Below, one piece after another: positions 26,301 through 41,300 of a DNA stretch of 64,000 nt. Each line of letters opens with the position of its first letter. The first letter of the stretch is position 1. The notes below the pieces were generated by a model, which ran no database searches, was not told the origin of the DNA, and saw only the letters and a program-made list of their open reading frames with translations. Source of the DNA: Nemertoderma westbladi (taxonomy: Eukaryota > Animalia > Xenacoelomorpha); assembly GCA_032718475.1 (NCBI GenBank), contig JAUCBJ010004174.1:25664-89663 (forward strand), in the 5' to 3' direction. Made by a program: the position numbers and the translations under genes.

Positions 26301-29300
26301 TTATTTAATTACATTTATCGCGATTTCTTATTACTGGATGCACATGAATTGATGGAGTTATCAATTTATTAACTAAACACGATATCGCGCATCGCACCAG
26401 CGTGGTTTCGAAATTTCAAAACGAGGTCTTCACTAGTTGCAGGTCGATTTTGTTCTAGAATGGAGCAACTAATAATAGATCGAATTTATTAATAATTATT
26501 GTATGAAATATGATTGTATTTTTACATAATTATTAGTTCTATACTAATTCTCGTTGTCTCTTTTATTTAAAATAAAAAGTCGGTTCCTTATCGGGCCGCT
26601 AGGCCCGTCACTAGTTAGGAACCGAGAGGTTCATTACTGTAAGAATTGTTTGCTGATTGATTGACTGGCTGGCTGACTGACTGATCTACAGCCAAAACTA
26701 CTCTAACGATTTTGATGAAATTTTCACAGCGGCTAGATACCGCGATTCTAAGGTCCCTGGTATGTTCCGCTATTTCGTCCATGAGCTGTGGGCTCGAAAA
26801 ATAGACATAAACGAAAAAACGCCATAGGCGCAATGATAAAAACACCAGCTGGCACTCATGAAAAATGGATAGAGATGGCCTAGTAATGCTATTCTATAGG
26901 AATGGCCACCTAACAAGGAAATGCTTTCTGTGCCAAGTATTATCCTCACTCTACAACTCAGACAGTAAGCAAACAAAAGCCGTAGGATTCTAATGTATTA
27001 CATCATAAGCTGATTGCTCTCCCAATAGCCCTCACACACTCACTGAATCAAATGAAATCGTATATCTATTAGCTTAATGCGAATAGCTGGTAAGCTGAAT
27101 GCCATTTTAGTTATTGTGAACTGTTGACTGTAGAGTAGACTGCTATGTTGTATGTATTTAATTAAAATAATTTTCGTAGAGGGAAGTTAATTTGGGATTA
27201 CTTTCTATCAGATGTAATGTAAGCAAAGCTGTTCAATGGGGGTGGGTCATGGGACCCAAATATAGTACATTATGCATGGCAAACATTAATAAAATCATTC
27301 AGTCAACCTGGAGGGTATTTGCTTAGTTAACTCTACTGTGCGAAAAACGAATTTATAATGTTACCCATACTTCAGGTGAATGAATTTTTAGATATTTGTA
27401 CTGAAGGCAAGGATTTCTGATATAATTAAAATACAAGACAGGGGCTTGTTTCGATATATGTAGTTGCGCCCTTCTAGCAGCACGTGAGATAATCAAATAA
27501 TAGACACAATGTTTGACTTTGTCCCTTCGAGCAGCACGTGAGTTTTGCTTTGAGCCTTCGATATATGTATTTGCGCCCTTCGAGCAGCACGTGAATTACA
27601 TCAAATAATAGACACATTGTTTGACTTTGTCCCTTCGAGCAGCACGTGAGTTTTGCTTTGACCCTTCGATATATGTATTTGCGCCCTTCGAGCAGCACGG
27701 GGAGTCGACTCAGACCGAGCCGAGCTGAGCCGAGCCGAGCCGAGCCGAGCCGAGCCGAGCCGAACCAAGCCGAGCCGAGGCGAGCCGAGCCGAGCCGAAC
27801 CAAGCCGAGCCAAGCCGAGCCGAGCCGAGCCGAGCCGAGCCGAGCCGAGCCGAGCCGCGCCAAGCCGAGCCGAGCCGTGCCAAGCCGCGCCAAGCCGAGC
27901 CGAGCCGAGCCGAGCCGAGCCGAGCCGAGCCGAGCCGAGCCGAGCCGAGCCGAGCCGAGCCGAGCCGAGCCGAGCCGAGCCGAGCCGAGCCGAACCGAGC
28001 TGAACCGAGCCGAGCCGAGCCGAGCCGAGCCGAGCCGAGCCGAGCCGAGCAGAGCCGTGCCGAGTCGTGCCGTGCCGAACCGAGCCGAGCCGAGCCAAGC
28101 CGAGCCGAGCCGAGCCGAGCCGAGCCGAGCCGAGCCGAGCCGAGCCGAGCCGAGCCGAGCCGAGCCGAGCCGAGCCGAGCCGAGCCGAGCCGAGCCGAGC
28201 CGAGCCGAGCCGAGCCAAGCCGAGCCGAGCCCAGCCGAGCCGAGCCAAACCGAGCCGAGCCGAGCCGAGCCGAGCCGAGCCGAGCCGAGCCGATCAAGCC
28301 AAGACGAACTTAATCGTGCCCAATCGTGCAAGACCGAGCCGAGCTCGTTGTCTCTTATATATGAAATAAAAAGTCGGTTCCTTATCGGGCCGCTAGGCCC
28401 GTCACTAGTTAGGAACCGAGAGGTTCATTACTGTAAGAATTGTTTGCTGATTGATTGACTGGCTGGCTGACTGACTGATCTACAGCCAAAACTACTCTAA
28501 CGATTTTGATGAAATTTTCACAGCGGCTAGATACCGCGATTCTAAGGTCCCTGGTATGTTCCGCTATTTCGTCCATGAGCCGTGGGCTCGAAAAATAGAC
28601 ATAAACGAAAAAACGCCATAGGCGCAATGGTAAAATAACACCAATAACAGCTGGTGTCGTGATGAAAAATGGCTTATGTAATGGATTTCTACACAAGGCT
28701 TAGTATAAATCGATGAGGTTGCCAAGATTATTGTACTCAGTACACCCATACTGTTTGTTTAGGCCCTAGGACACTCTGTCAAAGCAAATATTAACTGGTT
28801 GCTTTAGTTTGAAATCTAATATCGCCTCAGCTGAATTACTCTTCCCAATGCATTGTATGGGAATATCTCACTCTGCTAATGTAAGCTGAATGACTGTTAC
28901 TTACACAGTGAGTTGGCTACATTAATGCCAACATTATTGCAAAATGTTTTATTGTTGGATTACTCTCTGTCAGTCACCCCTTCAGAACATTGTATAGGGA
29001 ACTTACTTTAGTTTACTCTACTGTGCCATTCAGCTGAATGGATTTGAGCGATTGCCAAGTTACAGAGTTGGATCATTCTCTGACCATAGGCAAAGACATC
29101 AAATGTTTTTAAAAATATACTTTTTCCATGTTTTTTTTTCTGACCAAAAATTTCAAAAAAAAATTTTTCGTAGCCAGTACTGCCAATCGATTCGCCATCA
29201 AAAATAACGCAAAAAATTTTTTTTGCAAAATTTTAAATTACTGTAAATTTTTGGCGACTGGGGGGGGGTCAATTTTTTTCGATCCGCTATAACTCCGGAA

Positions 29301-32300
29301 TGCTTTGTCCAAATTCGATGGGGTTTTCATTTTTCAACTTAATTTGATGTCCTCTTTCAGCCTATCCATGTTTCCAAACCCCAAACAGCGCCGTTCAAAA
29401 ATTAATTTTTTCCAGTTCTAGAATTTTACGAATTTCAAAAAAGTTGCAGTATTTTATTAACCCCTTTACGGAATTCGATAGCGTTTTCGATTTTTATATT
29501 AAACGCAATATCCTGAATCTCACTAGCCTAGTTTCGCGTCACCAACGCCAAGACTTCATACTTTTTGAGGAAAATTTTTCTAGAATAATTTTTATTTAAT
29601 TACATTTATCGCGATTTCTTATTACTGGTTGCACTTGAATTGATGGAGTTTTCAATTTATTAACTAAACACGATATCGCGCATCGCACCAGCGTGGTTTC
29701 GAAATTCCAAAACGAGGTCTTCACTAGTTGCAGGTCAATTTTGTTCTAGAATTGAGCAACTTATAATAGATTGAATTTATTAATAATTATTGTATGAAAT
29801 ATGATTGTATTTTTACATAATTATTAGTTCTATAATAATTCTCGTTGTCTCTTTTATTTGAAATAAAAAGTCGGTTCCTTATCGGGCCGCTAGGCCCGTC
29901 ACTAGTTAGGAACCGAGAGGTTCATTAGGAACCGAGAGGTTCATTACTGTAAGAATTGTTAGCTGACTGGCTGACTGACTGATCTACAGCCAAAACTACT
30001 CTAACGATTTTGATGAAATTTTCACAGCGGCTGGATACCGCGATTCTAAGGTCCCTGGTATGTTCCGCTATTTCGTCCATGAGCCGTGGGCTCGAAAAAT
30101 AGACATAAACGAAAAAACGCCATAGGCGCAATGGTAAAATAACACCAATAACAGCTGGTGTCGTGATGAAAAATGGCTTATGTAATGCATTTCTACAGAA
30201 GGCTTAGTAATAAATCGATGAGGTTGCCAAGATTATTATACTCAGTACACCCATACTGTTTGTATAGGCCACCACTCTCTGTCAAAGCAAACATTATTAA
30301 CTGGTTGGTTTAGTTTGAAATCTAATATCGCCTCAGCTGAATTACTCTTCCCAATGCATTCTATGCGAATATCTCACTCTGCTAATGTAAGCTGAATGAC
30401 TGTTACGTACACAGTGAGTTGGCTACATTAATGCCAACATTATTGCAAAATGTTTTATTGTTGGATTACTCTCTGTCAGTCACCCCTTCAGAACATTGTA
30501 TAGGGAATTTACTTTAGTTTACTCTACTGTGCCATTCAGCTGAATGGATTTGAGCGATTGCCAAGTTACAGAGTTGGATCATTCTTTGACCATAGGCAAA
30601 GACATCAAATCTTTTTAAAAATATACTTTTTCCATGTTTTTTTTTCTGACCAAAAATTTCAAAAAAAATTTTTCGTAGCCAGTACTGCCAATCGATTCGC
30701 CATAAAAAATAACGCAAAAAATTTTTTTTGCAAAATTTTAAATTACTGTAAATTTTTGGCGACTGGGGGGGGGTCAATTTTTTTCGATCCGCTATAACTC
30801 CGGAACACTTTGTCCAAATTCGATGGGGTTTTCATTTTTCAACTTAATTCGATGTCCTCTTTCAGCCTATCCATGTTTCCAAACCCCAAACAGCGCCGTT
30901 CAAAAATTAATTTTTTCCAGTTCTAGAATTTTACAAATTTCAAAAAAGTTTCAGTATTTTATTAACGCCTTTACGGAATTCGATAGCGTTTTCGATTTTT
31001 ATATTAAACGCAATATCCTGAATCTCACTAGCCTAGTTTCGCGTCACCAACGCCAAGACTTCATACTTTTTGAGGAAAATTTTTCTAGAATAATTTTTAT
31101 TTAATTACATTTATCGCGATTTCTTATTACTGGTTGCACATGAATTGATGGAGATTTCAATTTATTAACTAAACACGATATCGAGCATCGCACCAGCGTG
31201 GTTTCGAAATTCCAAAACGAGGTCTTCACTAGTTGCAGGGCGATTTTGTTCTAGAATTGAGTAACTAATAATAGATCGAATTTATTAATAATTATTGTAT
31301 GAAATATGATTGTATTTTTACATAATTATTAGTTCTATAATAATTCTCGTTGTCTCTTTTATTTGAAATAAAAAGTCGGTTCCTTATCGGGCCGCTAGGC
31401 CCGTCACTAGTTACTGTAAGAATTGCTCGAGACTGGCTGGCTGACTGACTGATCTACAGCCAAAACTACTCTAACGATTTTGATGAAATTTTCACAGCGG
31501 CTAGATACCGCGATTCTAAGGTCCCTGGTATGTTCCGCTATTTCGTCCATGAGCCGTGGGCTCGAAAAATAGACATAAACGAAAAAACGCCATAGGCGCA
31601 ATGGTAAAATAACACCAATAACAGCTGGTGTCCTGATGAAAAATGGCTTATGTAATGGATTTCTACACAAGGCTTAGTATAAATCGATGAGGTTGCCAAG
31701 ATTATTGTACTCAGTACACCCATACTGTTTGTTTAGGCCCTAGGACACTCTGTCAAAGCAAATATTAACTGGTTGGTTTAGTTTGAAATCTATTATTGCC
31801 TCAGCTGAATTACTCTTCCCAATGCAGTCTATGGAAATATCTCACTCTGTTAATGTAAGCTGAATGACTTACGTACACAGTGTGTTGGCTACATTAATGC
31901 CAACATTATTGCAAAATGTTTTATTGTTGGATTACTCTCTGTCAGTCTCCCCTTCAGAACATTGTATAGGGAATTTACTTTAGTTTACTCTACTGTGCCA
32001 TTCAGCTGAATGGATTTGAGCGATTGCCAAGTTACAGAAGAGTTGGATCATTCTCTGACCATAGGCAAAGACAAATCTTTTTAAAAATATACTTTTTCCA
32101 TGTTTTTTTTTCTGACCAAAAATTTCAAAAAAAACTTTTCGTAGCCAGTACTGCCAATCGATTCGCCATCAAAAATAACGTAAAAAATTTTTTTTGCAAA
32201 ATTTTAAATTACTGTAAATTTTTGGCGACTGGGGGGGTCAATTTTTTTCGATCCTCTATAACTCCGGAACGCTTTGTCCAAATTCGATGGGGTTTTTATT

Positions 32301-35300
32301 TTTCAACCTAATTCGATGTCCTCTTTCAGTCTATCCATGTTTCGAAACCCCAAACCGCGCCGTTCAAAAATTAATTTTTTCTAGTTCTAGAATTTTACAA
32401 ATTTCAAAAAAGTTGCAGTATTTTCATTAACGCCTTTATGGAATTCGATAGCGTTTTCGATTTTTATATTAAACGCAATATCCTGAATCTCACTAGCCTA
32501 GTTTCGCGTCACCAATGCCAAGACTTCATACTTTTTGAGGAAAATTTTTCTAGAATAATTTTTATTTAATTACATTTATCGCGATTTATTATTACTGGTT
32601 GCACATGAATTTATGGATTTTTCAATTTATTAACTAAACACAATATCGCGCATCGCACCAGCGTGGTTTCGAAATTCCAAAACGAGGTCTTCACTAGTTG
32701 CAGGTCGATTTTGTTCTATAATTGAGCAATTAATAATAGATCGAATTTATTAATAATTATTGTATGAAATATGATTCTATTTTTACATAATTATTAGTTC
32801 TATACTAATTCTCGTTGTCTCTTTAATTTAAAATAAAAAGTCGGTTCCTTATCGGGCCGCTAGGCCCGTCACTAGTTAGGAACCGAGAGGTTCATTACTG
32901 TAAGAATTGTTGGCTGATTGATTGACTGGCTGGCTGACTGACTGATCTACAGCCAAAACTTAGGAACCGAGAGGTTCATTACTGTAAGAATTGTTGGCTG
33001 ATTGATTGACTGGCTGGCTGACTGACTGATCTACAGCCAAAACTACTCTAACGATTTTGATGAAATTTTCACAGCGGCTAGATACCGCGATTCTAAGGTC
33101 CCTGGTATGTTCCGCTATTTCGTCCATGAGCTGTGGGCTCGAAAAATAGACATAAACGAAAAAACGCCATAGGCGCAATGGTAAAATAACACCAATAACA
33201 GCTGGTGTCGTGATGAAAAATGGCTTATGTAATGTAATGCATTTCTACAGAAGGCTTAGTAATAAATCGATGAGGTTGCCAAGATTATTATACTCAGTAC
33301 ACCCATACTGTTTGTATAGGCCACCACTCTCTGTCAAAGCAAACAATAACTGGTTGGTTTAGTTTGAAATCTAATATCGCCTCAGCTGAATTACTCTTCC
33401 CAATGCAATCTATGGGAATATCTCACTCTGCTAATGTAAGCTGAATGACTGTTAAGTACACAGTGAGATGGCTACATTAATGCCAACATTATTGCAACAT
33501 GTTTTATTGTTGGATTACTCTCTGTCAGTCTCCCCTTCAGAACATTGTATAGGGAATTTACTTTAGTTTACTCTACTGTGCCATTCAGCTGAATGGATTT
33601 GAGCGATTGCCAAGTTACAGAGTTGGATCATTCTCTGACCATAGGCAAAGACATCAAATCTTTTTAAAAATATACTTTTTCCATGTTTTTTTTTCTGACC
33701 AAAAATTTCAAAAAAAAATTTTTCGTAGCCAGTACTACCAATCGATTCGCCATCAAAAATAACGCAAAAAATTTTTTTTGCAAAATTTTAAATTACTGTA
33801 AATTTTTGGCGACTGGGGGGGGGGTCAATTTTTTTCGATCAGCTATAACTCCGGAACGCTTTGTCCAAATTCGATGGGGTTTTCATTTTTCAACTTAATT
33901 CGATGTCCTCTTTCAGCCTATCCATGTTTCGAAACCCCAAACAGCGCCGTTCAAAAATTAATTTTTTCTAGTTCTAGAATTTTACAAATTTCAAAAAAGT
34001 TGCAGTATTTTATTAACGCCTTTACGGAATTCGATAGCGTTTTCGATTTTTATATTAAACGCAATATCCTGAATCTCACTAGCCTAGTTTCGCGTCACCA
34101 ATGCCAAGACTTCATACTTTTTGAGGAAAAATTTTCTAGAATAATTTTTATTTAATTACATTTATCGCGATTTCTTATTACTTGTTGCACATGAACTGAT
34201 GGAGTTTTCAATTTATTAACTAAACACGATATCGCGCATCGCACCAGCGTGGTTTCGAAATTCCAAAACGAGGTCTTCACTAGTTGCAGGTCGATTTTGT
34301 TCTAGAATTGAGCAACTAATAATAGATCAAATTTATTAATAATTATTGTATGAAATATGATTGTATTTTTACATAATTATTAGTTCTATACTAACTCTCG
34401 TTGTCTCTTTTATTTAAAATAAAAAGTCGGTTCCTTATCGGGCCGCTAGGCCCGTCACTAGTTAGGAACCGAGAGGTTCATTACTGTAAGAATTGTTAGC
34501 TGACTGGCTGACTGACTGGCTGGCTGACTGATCTACAGCCAAAACTACTCTAACGATTTTGATGAAATTTTCACAGCGGCTAGATACCGCGATTCTAAGG
34601 TCCCTGGTATGTTCCGCTATTTCGTCCATGAGCCGTGGGCTCGAAAAATGGACATAAACGAAAAAACGCCATAGGCGCAATGGTAAAATAACACCAATGA
34701 CAGCTGGTGTCCTGATGAAAAATGGCTTATGTAATGCATTTCTACAGAAGGCTTAGTAATAAATCGATGAGGTTGCCAAGATTATTATACTCAGTACACC
34801 CATACTGTTTGTATAGGCCACCACTCTCTGTCAAAGCAAACATTAACGGGTTGGTTTAGTTTGAAATCTAATATCGCCTCAGCTGAATTACTCTTCCCAA
34901 TGCAACCTATGGGAATATCTCACTCTGCTAATGTAAGCTGAATGACTGTTACGTACACAGTGAGTTGGCTACATTAATGCCAACATTATTGCAAAATGTT
35001 TTATTGTTGGATTACTCTCTGTCAGTCTCCCCTTCAGAACATTGTATAGGGAATTTACTTTAGTTTACTCTACTGTGCCATTCAGCTGAATGGATTTGAG
35101 CGATTGCCAAGTTACAGAGTTGGATCATTCTCTGACCATAGGCAAAGACATCAAATCTTTTTAAAAATATACTTTTTCCATGTTTTTTTTTCTGACCAAA
35201 AATTTCAAAAAAAAATTTTTCGTAGCCAGTACTGCCAATCGATTCGCCATCAAAAATAACGCAAAAAATTTTTTTTCCAAAATTTTAAATTACTGTAAAT

Positions 35301-38300
35301 TTTTGGCGACTGGGGGGGGGGGGTCAATTTTTTTCGATCCGCTATAACTCCGGAACGCTTTGTCCAAATTCGATGGGGTTTTCCTTTTTCAACTTAATTC
35401 GATGTCCTCTTTCAGCCTATCCATGTTTCCAAACCCCAAACAGCGCCGTTCAAAAATTAATTTTTTCCAGTTCTAGAATTTTACAAATTTCAAAAAAGTT
35501 GCAGTATTTTATTAACGCCTTTACGGAATTCGATAGCGTTTTCGATTTTTATATTAAAGGCAATATCCTGAATCTCACTAGCCTAGTTTCGTGTCACCGA
35601 TGCCAAGACTTCATACTTTTGAGGAAAATTTTTCTAGAATAATTTTTATTTAATTACATTTATCGCGATTTCTTATTAATGGTTGCACATGAATTGATGG
35701 AGTTTTCAATTTATTAACTAAACACGATATCGCGCATCGCACCAGCGTGGTTTCGAAATTCCAAAACGAGGTCTTCACTAGTTGCATGTCGATTTTGTTC
35801 AAAAATTGAGCAACTAATAATAGATCGAATTTATTATCAATTATTGTATGAAATATGATTGTATTTTTACATAATTATTAGTTCTATACTAATTCTCGTT
35901 GTCTCTTTTATTTAAAATAAAAAGTCGGTTCCTTATCGGGCCGCTAGGCCCGTCACTAGTTAGCAAGTCGTTAGACTTGATTACTGTAAGAAAAAAAAGC
36001 TACTGGCTACTGGCTACTGGCTACTGACCTAGAGCAAAAACGGCTCTAACGATTTTGATGAAATTTTGCATGGACCATGAAAATGGATTTCTAAGGGTAC
36101 TTGTGAAATCGCGGTTTAAATTGAAACATCTCAACTTGTTTTATTTCGAAAAATAGCCACAAAACACGAAATTTGCCATAGGCGAGGCGCAATGATAAAA
36201 CACCAGCTGGCACTCATGAAAAATGTATAGAGATGGCCTGGTAATGCATTCAATAGGAAGGGCAACTAACAAAGAAGTATTGTCTGTGCCAAGTTTTATT
36301 ATCACTCTACTCTACAACCCAGACAGTAATCAAACAAAACATTAACTGGTTTAGCTGGGTATTACAGTCTCAGCTGAATAACTCTTCCCAATGCATCCTT
36401 GCTATGTTAATTAATTGGCGTGCAAGCTAAATGACTGTTAGTTAAACAGTGTGTTGGCTACACAGTGTATTGTACTATGCTCTCATTGCATTATTGTTTT
36501 ATTTTGAAATCTTTGCGCCAACATTAATACTGTGGAGGCTGTATGTTGATAAGGCTGCATGTTTACTCAGCTTCATAATGATTCTCCATAAGGCTAACAT
36601 TATAGTTTGAAATATAAAAATCTGTTATTATAATTGTTGTATTTAATTAATATCGTGGTTTACATTGAACAGTGTAAATTGTTTATCGCGGTTTACATTG
36701 AAACATCTCAACTTGTTTATTTATTACTAAAATAAGAACGAATTTGTCTTATCACTTCTTGTGCGCGATTGTATTGAATTCATGACAACTGCTATTATTA
36801 TTATTAATCAATTGACACCTCGACTCCTCTCTGAGACTCCGACTACTCTATCCGATAGAATAAAATAGTCATTTCGCTAACTGCTCTCTATCTTACGGTG
36901 GCTGAAAGCGGCCAAAATAATTCACTACTTTTTTAATTTTTAATTTGATCAACATTTTTTTCTTGAATTTCAACCCGGGTTGAAATTAATATCAACCCGG
37001 GTTGAAATTAATATCAACCCGGGTTGAAATTAATATCAACCCGGGTTGAAATTAATATCAACCCGGGTTGAAATTAATATCAACCCGGGTTGAAATTAAT
37101 ATCAACCCGGGTTGAAATTAATATCAACCCGGGTTGAAATTAATATCAACCCGGGTTGAAATTAATATCAACCCGGGTTGAAATTAATATCAACCCGGGT
37201 TGAAATTAATATCAACCCGGGTTGAAATTAATATCAACCCGGGTTGAAATTAATATCAACCCGGGTTGAAATTAATATCAACCCAGGTTGAAATTGAATT
37301 ATTCGTACCGGTACTGTAGAATGTAATATGAGGTAATGTCATGTTGTAGGAGTAGGAGTAGAGCTGTAGTCTGCAGTCTGTAGAGGCAGAGACTGAGAGA
37401 GGCTGAGAGGTTGGCTTATCACAGTATCAGTGCAGTACTGCAGTACCAGTGACGGTGCTACGGTGCTTGGTCAGTTCCAGTTGGTAACCTAATTCTGTAA
37501 TTCACGATCTAAAAATGAGTAGGCCCAGTCCTAATAGTAGGCCTAGTGTTACTGGTGAATTAGGACTACCGGCACCATTGCCTATTACTCACGAACGACG
37601 ACGGTTATTATCGGAGTTAAGAAGTTACATAAACCTTGGTGTTGAAGACATTAATCGTGTCACTGGTCGGAGCGACGGCGTTACCTGTAGGCTTACTAGC
37701 GGCACATCTAGAATGGTTACCGGTACCGGTACTGAAAGTGAAACGGCTTCTGATTCCGGCGATTCATCGGATAATGATTTTCGAGATGAGACAACGCGTT
37801 TGCGTCGGATACCTTCGACTACCGATACTGATAGGCTTCACCTTCCCTCACGCTCGTCCTCAAGTCATTTGCGCAACTCTCGTAGATTTTCGCGCGCGAA
37901 GAATAGGCCTCTGATAGGGAGCCTAGGTAAAGTTGGTCGGCCTTCTCAATCGACTAAAGTTGTTATCGTTAAACTTAAAGTTCGTTACATTAATTCCACG
38001 AATGCAGATAGCATCACCATTAGAAAGCCCTTGGGTGAGAGTAATTCTTTGAAGATGAGTCTACCAATGGATGCGAACTTATCGGTCGTTAAAAAGTTGA
38101 TTCTCAATAAAATATTTATTGAAGAGCATAACCGTTGTTTGAGGGAGCAAGGATTTCCCTCAAACCGTAATTCTTATTCGTTTCAATTAACTAACTTACA
38201 AGGCGAGAAACTTAAGCCAAAGTTTTGTTCCCTTCGACAGTATACATTGGAGCGGTGTGTTTTAGGATCCTTAAAAATCGCTGTTGTTGGAGAATTGCCC

Positions 38301-41300
38301 GAAGAGGATACCGGTAATGAGTTGGAGAACGATTCAACACTACCAGCCATTGCCGAATGTGACACGGTTCCACCCTCGCCAGGCGATGAAGGTGCCAGTA
38401 CCAATGACGTGGTTCTACCTCCGACACCTGTTGGTATACTCAGTGTCGGTAATGGCGTGGCTGCACTTCCGCCAGCCCCAGCCCTTGATGGTACTGACGC
38501 GGTTCTACTTCCGCCAAACGTCGGTGAACTCGGTTCCTTCTGTGACATGGAACCGCTTCCACCAGCCTCCTCCGGTAATGATGTAGTTCCTGTTCTGCCT
38601 CCTCCTTTAATCGATGACCAAGTATATCAAGACACCAGTACCGATATACGTCAGGAATCCGTGTATGAAGTTCTGTCCCGTTTGGAGTGCAAAGTGGGTC
38701 TTTGCAACAAGGTAAACATCGTTAATGTTGACGACCGAGACAATGTACTTGATTGTGGATACCGGGCTTTTTCAAGAAAGGGATTCAACATATGGGAACC
38801 TTTATCTGTTAAATTCATTGGGGAGCGAGGCATAGATGCTGGAGGACCTTCGCGCGAATTCATGCGGTTAACATTACAAGCGATCAGGGATTCTGCGTTA
38901 TTCAGCGGCGAGGAAAATTCCAAGAACATCGAACTGGATTACAACAGTAAGTTGCATCAAATAATCTTATGCTGTTTAAATAAATTTAATTAAACTTCTT
39001 AATTTAACTGAACCAAATATAATTACATTTTTATAATATTTAATTATTATATTTTATTTTTCAGGTCTAAACTTAAACAGGTATTACCTGGCGGGAAAGA
39101 TGATAGGTTACTTCATCATACACCGAGGTTCGACTCCTAGTTTCCTATCCCCATTGTTGTATAACATAATTAGTATAACCGATGGATTTATTTCCGCCAC
39201 CCCGGCAGTGACTGATATAGCTGATTATGAACTACGGGACAAAGTTAATAAAGTGAGATATAGATAATTATTTATTTAATAATATAACATAAATATTAAA
39301 TAAACTAATTAAATAACTATTATATTTCGGTTAGGCCTATACAAAATATTGTTAACCATAACTTTACTTTAGATAAGTTCTGCAGAAACATCCGGAGAAT
39401 TCAACACTGCAATAGACGAGGCTACTGATCTGATATCTATGAGTGGTTGTTTCAATATAACTATCCATGGCTTCAGCGACCAAACGAAAATAGATCTTGT
39501 TGGAGCTTTGGCTAAATTCATTGTGATGGATAGAAATCGTCGTGCCATTGAACAGTAAGTTAATCATTAGTATAGTTAATTATCATAATCGCTCAATTAG
39601 TCAATATTAATTTCAGGAACTTTTTACAATTAATTTTAAACTAAACAGTCAAGTGCACTTTAGATTCCAGGATGGTCTAAAAGAAGTTGGATTAATTAAC
39701 GAAATTCTAAGAAATCCCGATGGTTGGCGGGAATTCTTTGTGCATAACGAATGTGTACTTACCTCCGAAGCTGTACAAGATTTGTTTATAATACAATGGT
39801 CAGAGAACAACAATAGTATTCGGAAGAGAAAGGAGAAACGTGTTGCAGCATATTGGCTGGATCTGTTGCAGGATTTGGGAGGTATTTTAAATTTTTTATT
39901 CAAAATTGAATAAAAAATGAAAATCACCACCAATCAAATAATTGATAAACTGTTAATTAATTTATAAATCGATTACTTGCTTAATAATTAATATGTTTCT
40001 TTCTCCTTAATTCATATATTTCTTGATTATTAATGAATGTATTGATTATTGATTAATCTGTTTATTTTTCTTTGAAATTTGTTTAACTGTTGTTTAATAA
40101 TTATGTGTTGCATTATTGTCCCAATAAGCCTAGGTCGCCTCGTATTTGTTTTGGTGTAAAGGTAAACTATACGCCGACAGCCTACAGCGGCCAACTAACA
40201 GCCGACAACAGTTATAAATGTTGCTGGGTGTTAGTTGCCGGCAATCGGCGTAGCGTTTACACCCTCCCGTATCCGTTTAATCGTCCTGCAGTTTAAATTG
40301 ATTTAATTAAATTTTTATATATTTTTAATTTTTAAATTATTGCATTTTTATTACAGACGGGGTTACAGGATATGCATCCGGGCGAGTAGTCGGGCTGAAA
40401 GACCTTCTTATATTTGTGACTGGTATCGATGCTGTTCCCGCACTTGGATTTAACCGGGATCCTTCAGTTGTATTCCTCCACCCCGAGGACGATAACCAAT
40501 ATTACATTGGTCTACCAAGATCAAACACTTGTGGTCTCATTTTAAGTCTACCGATTGTTGGGTCCTACGACGAGTTTAAACGCAATATGATTAGCGCATT
40601 GGAGATAGCGACTACATTCACCGATGATTGAATGAAACTATAAACATTTTAGTAATTGTTTATTATATACTAGAAGTAAAATAGAAAAATTAAGAACTAA
40701 ATTAGAACTATAGTCGTTTTATAGTAATAAAGAACTGTTATTCTTATAATAAAGTAAGAATTAGAAATTATATGTAAGTATGAATCATAAATAGTGCATT
40801 ATATTAGATATTAGAAATAGTAATGTTTGTTTACATTCCCCTAATGATTGGCAACATCGAGGTGTCACCAGCGCAGTATCTTCAAGGAAACTGTCACATA
40901 AGTTAGCGATCTCAGGGATACAGTGTGGCAGTTTGGTAGCGAATATTCTCATAGAGGCTAGAGATTCTATCTCCACGTGGTGGATGTAGTTAGGTGACTG
41001 TAAATAAAGTAGATTTGGCTTTCCTCCCGGGGATAATAGACCGCTACGGCGAATCCGGTGGCTATTGTGATAGACCATTATTAAATCGAGAGTATACTGG
41101 AGAAACGGCAAGTAAACATATCTAACAATTTCTATATGTATAAAGTTTGAAGTATCCAAAAAGGCAAGTTCTAATTCTGCGAAATGATCTAACCAATGCG
41201 ATAATCCAAGTATTGGAATCTTGGACCAAAAAGACTCAATCCTTTGGTTCCTTGTACTTTTACCGTAGATAAACGTTGTACCGTTCAGGGCAGCATCATC

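Noticed and set aside
27474-28458. ARLGS / AEPSR repeat ORFs
   Set aside because: They are translations of the (CCGAG)n microsatellite.
24263-35642. Recurrent Phe/Lys-rich ORFs (MGFSFFNLIRC..., MRLWRFFVY...)
   Set aside because: They come from non-coding Helitron interiors; frames break at homopolymer differences between units and there are no Rep or helicase motifs.
36970-37295. 22-bp palindromic repeats as CRISPR repeats
   Set aside because: The 8-bp spacers are identical, and the array is mirrored at the other end of the transposon as part of the TIR.
37515-40631. Calling the HECT gene the host G2E3 orthologue
   Set aside because: It has no PHD/RING N-terminal domains and lies inside TIRs with a TSD, so no gene symbol was assigned.
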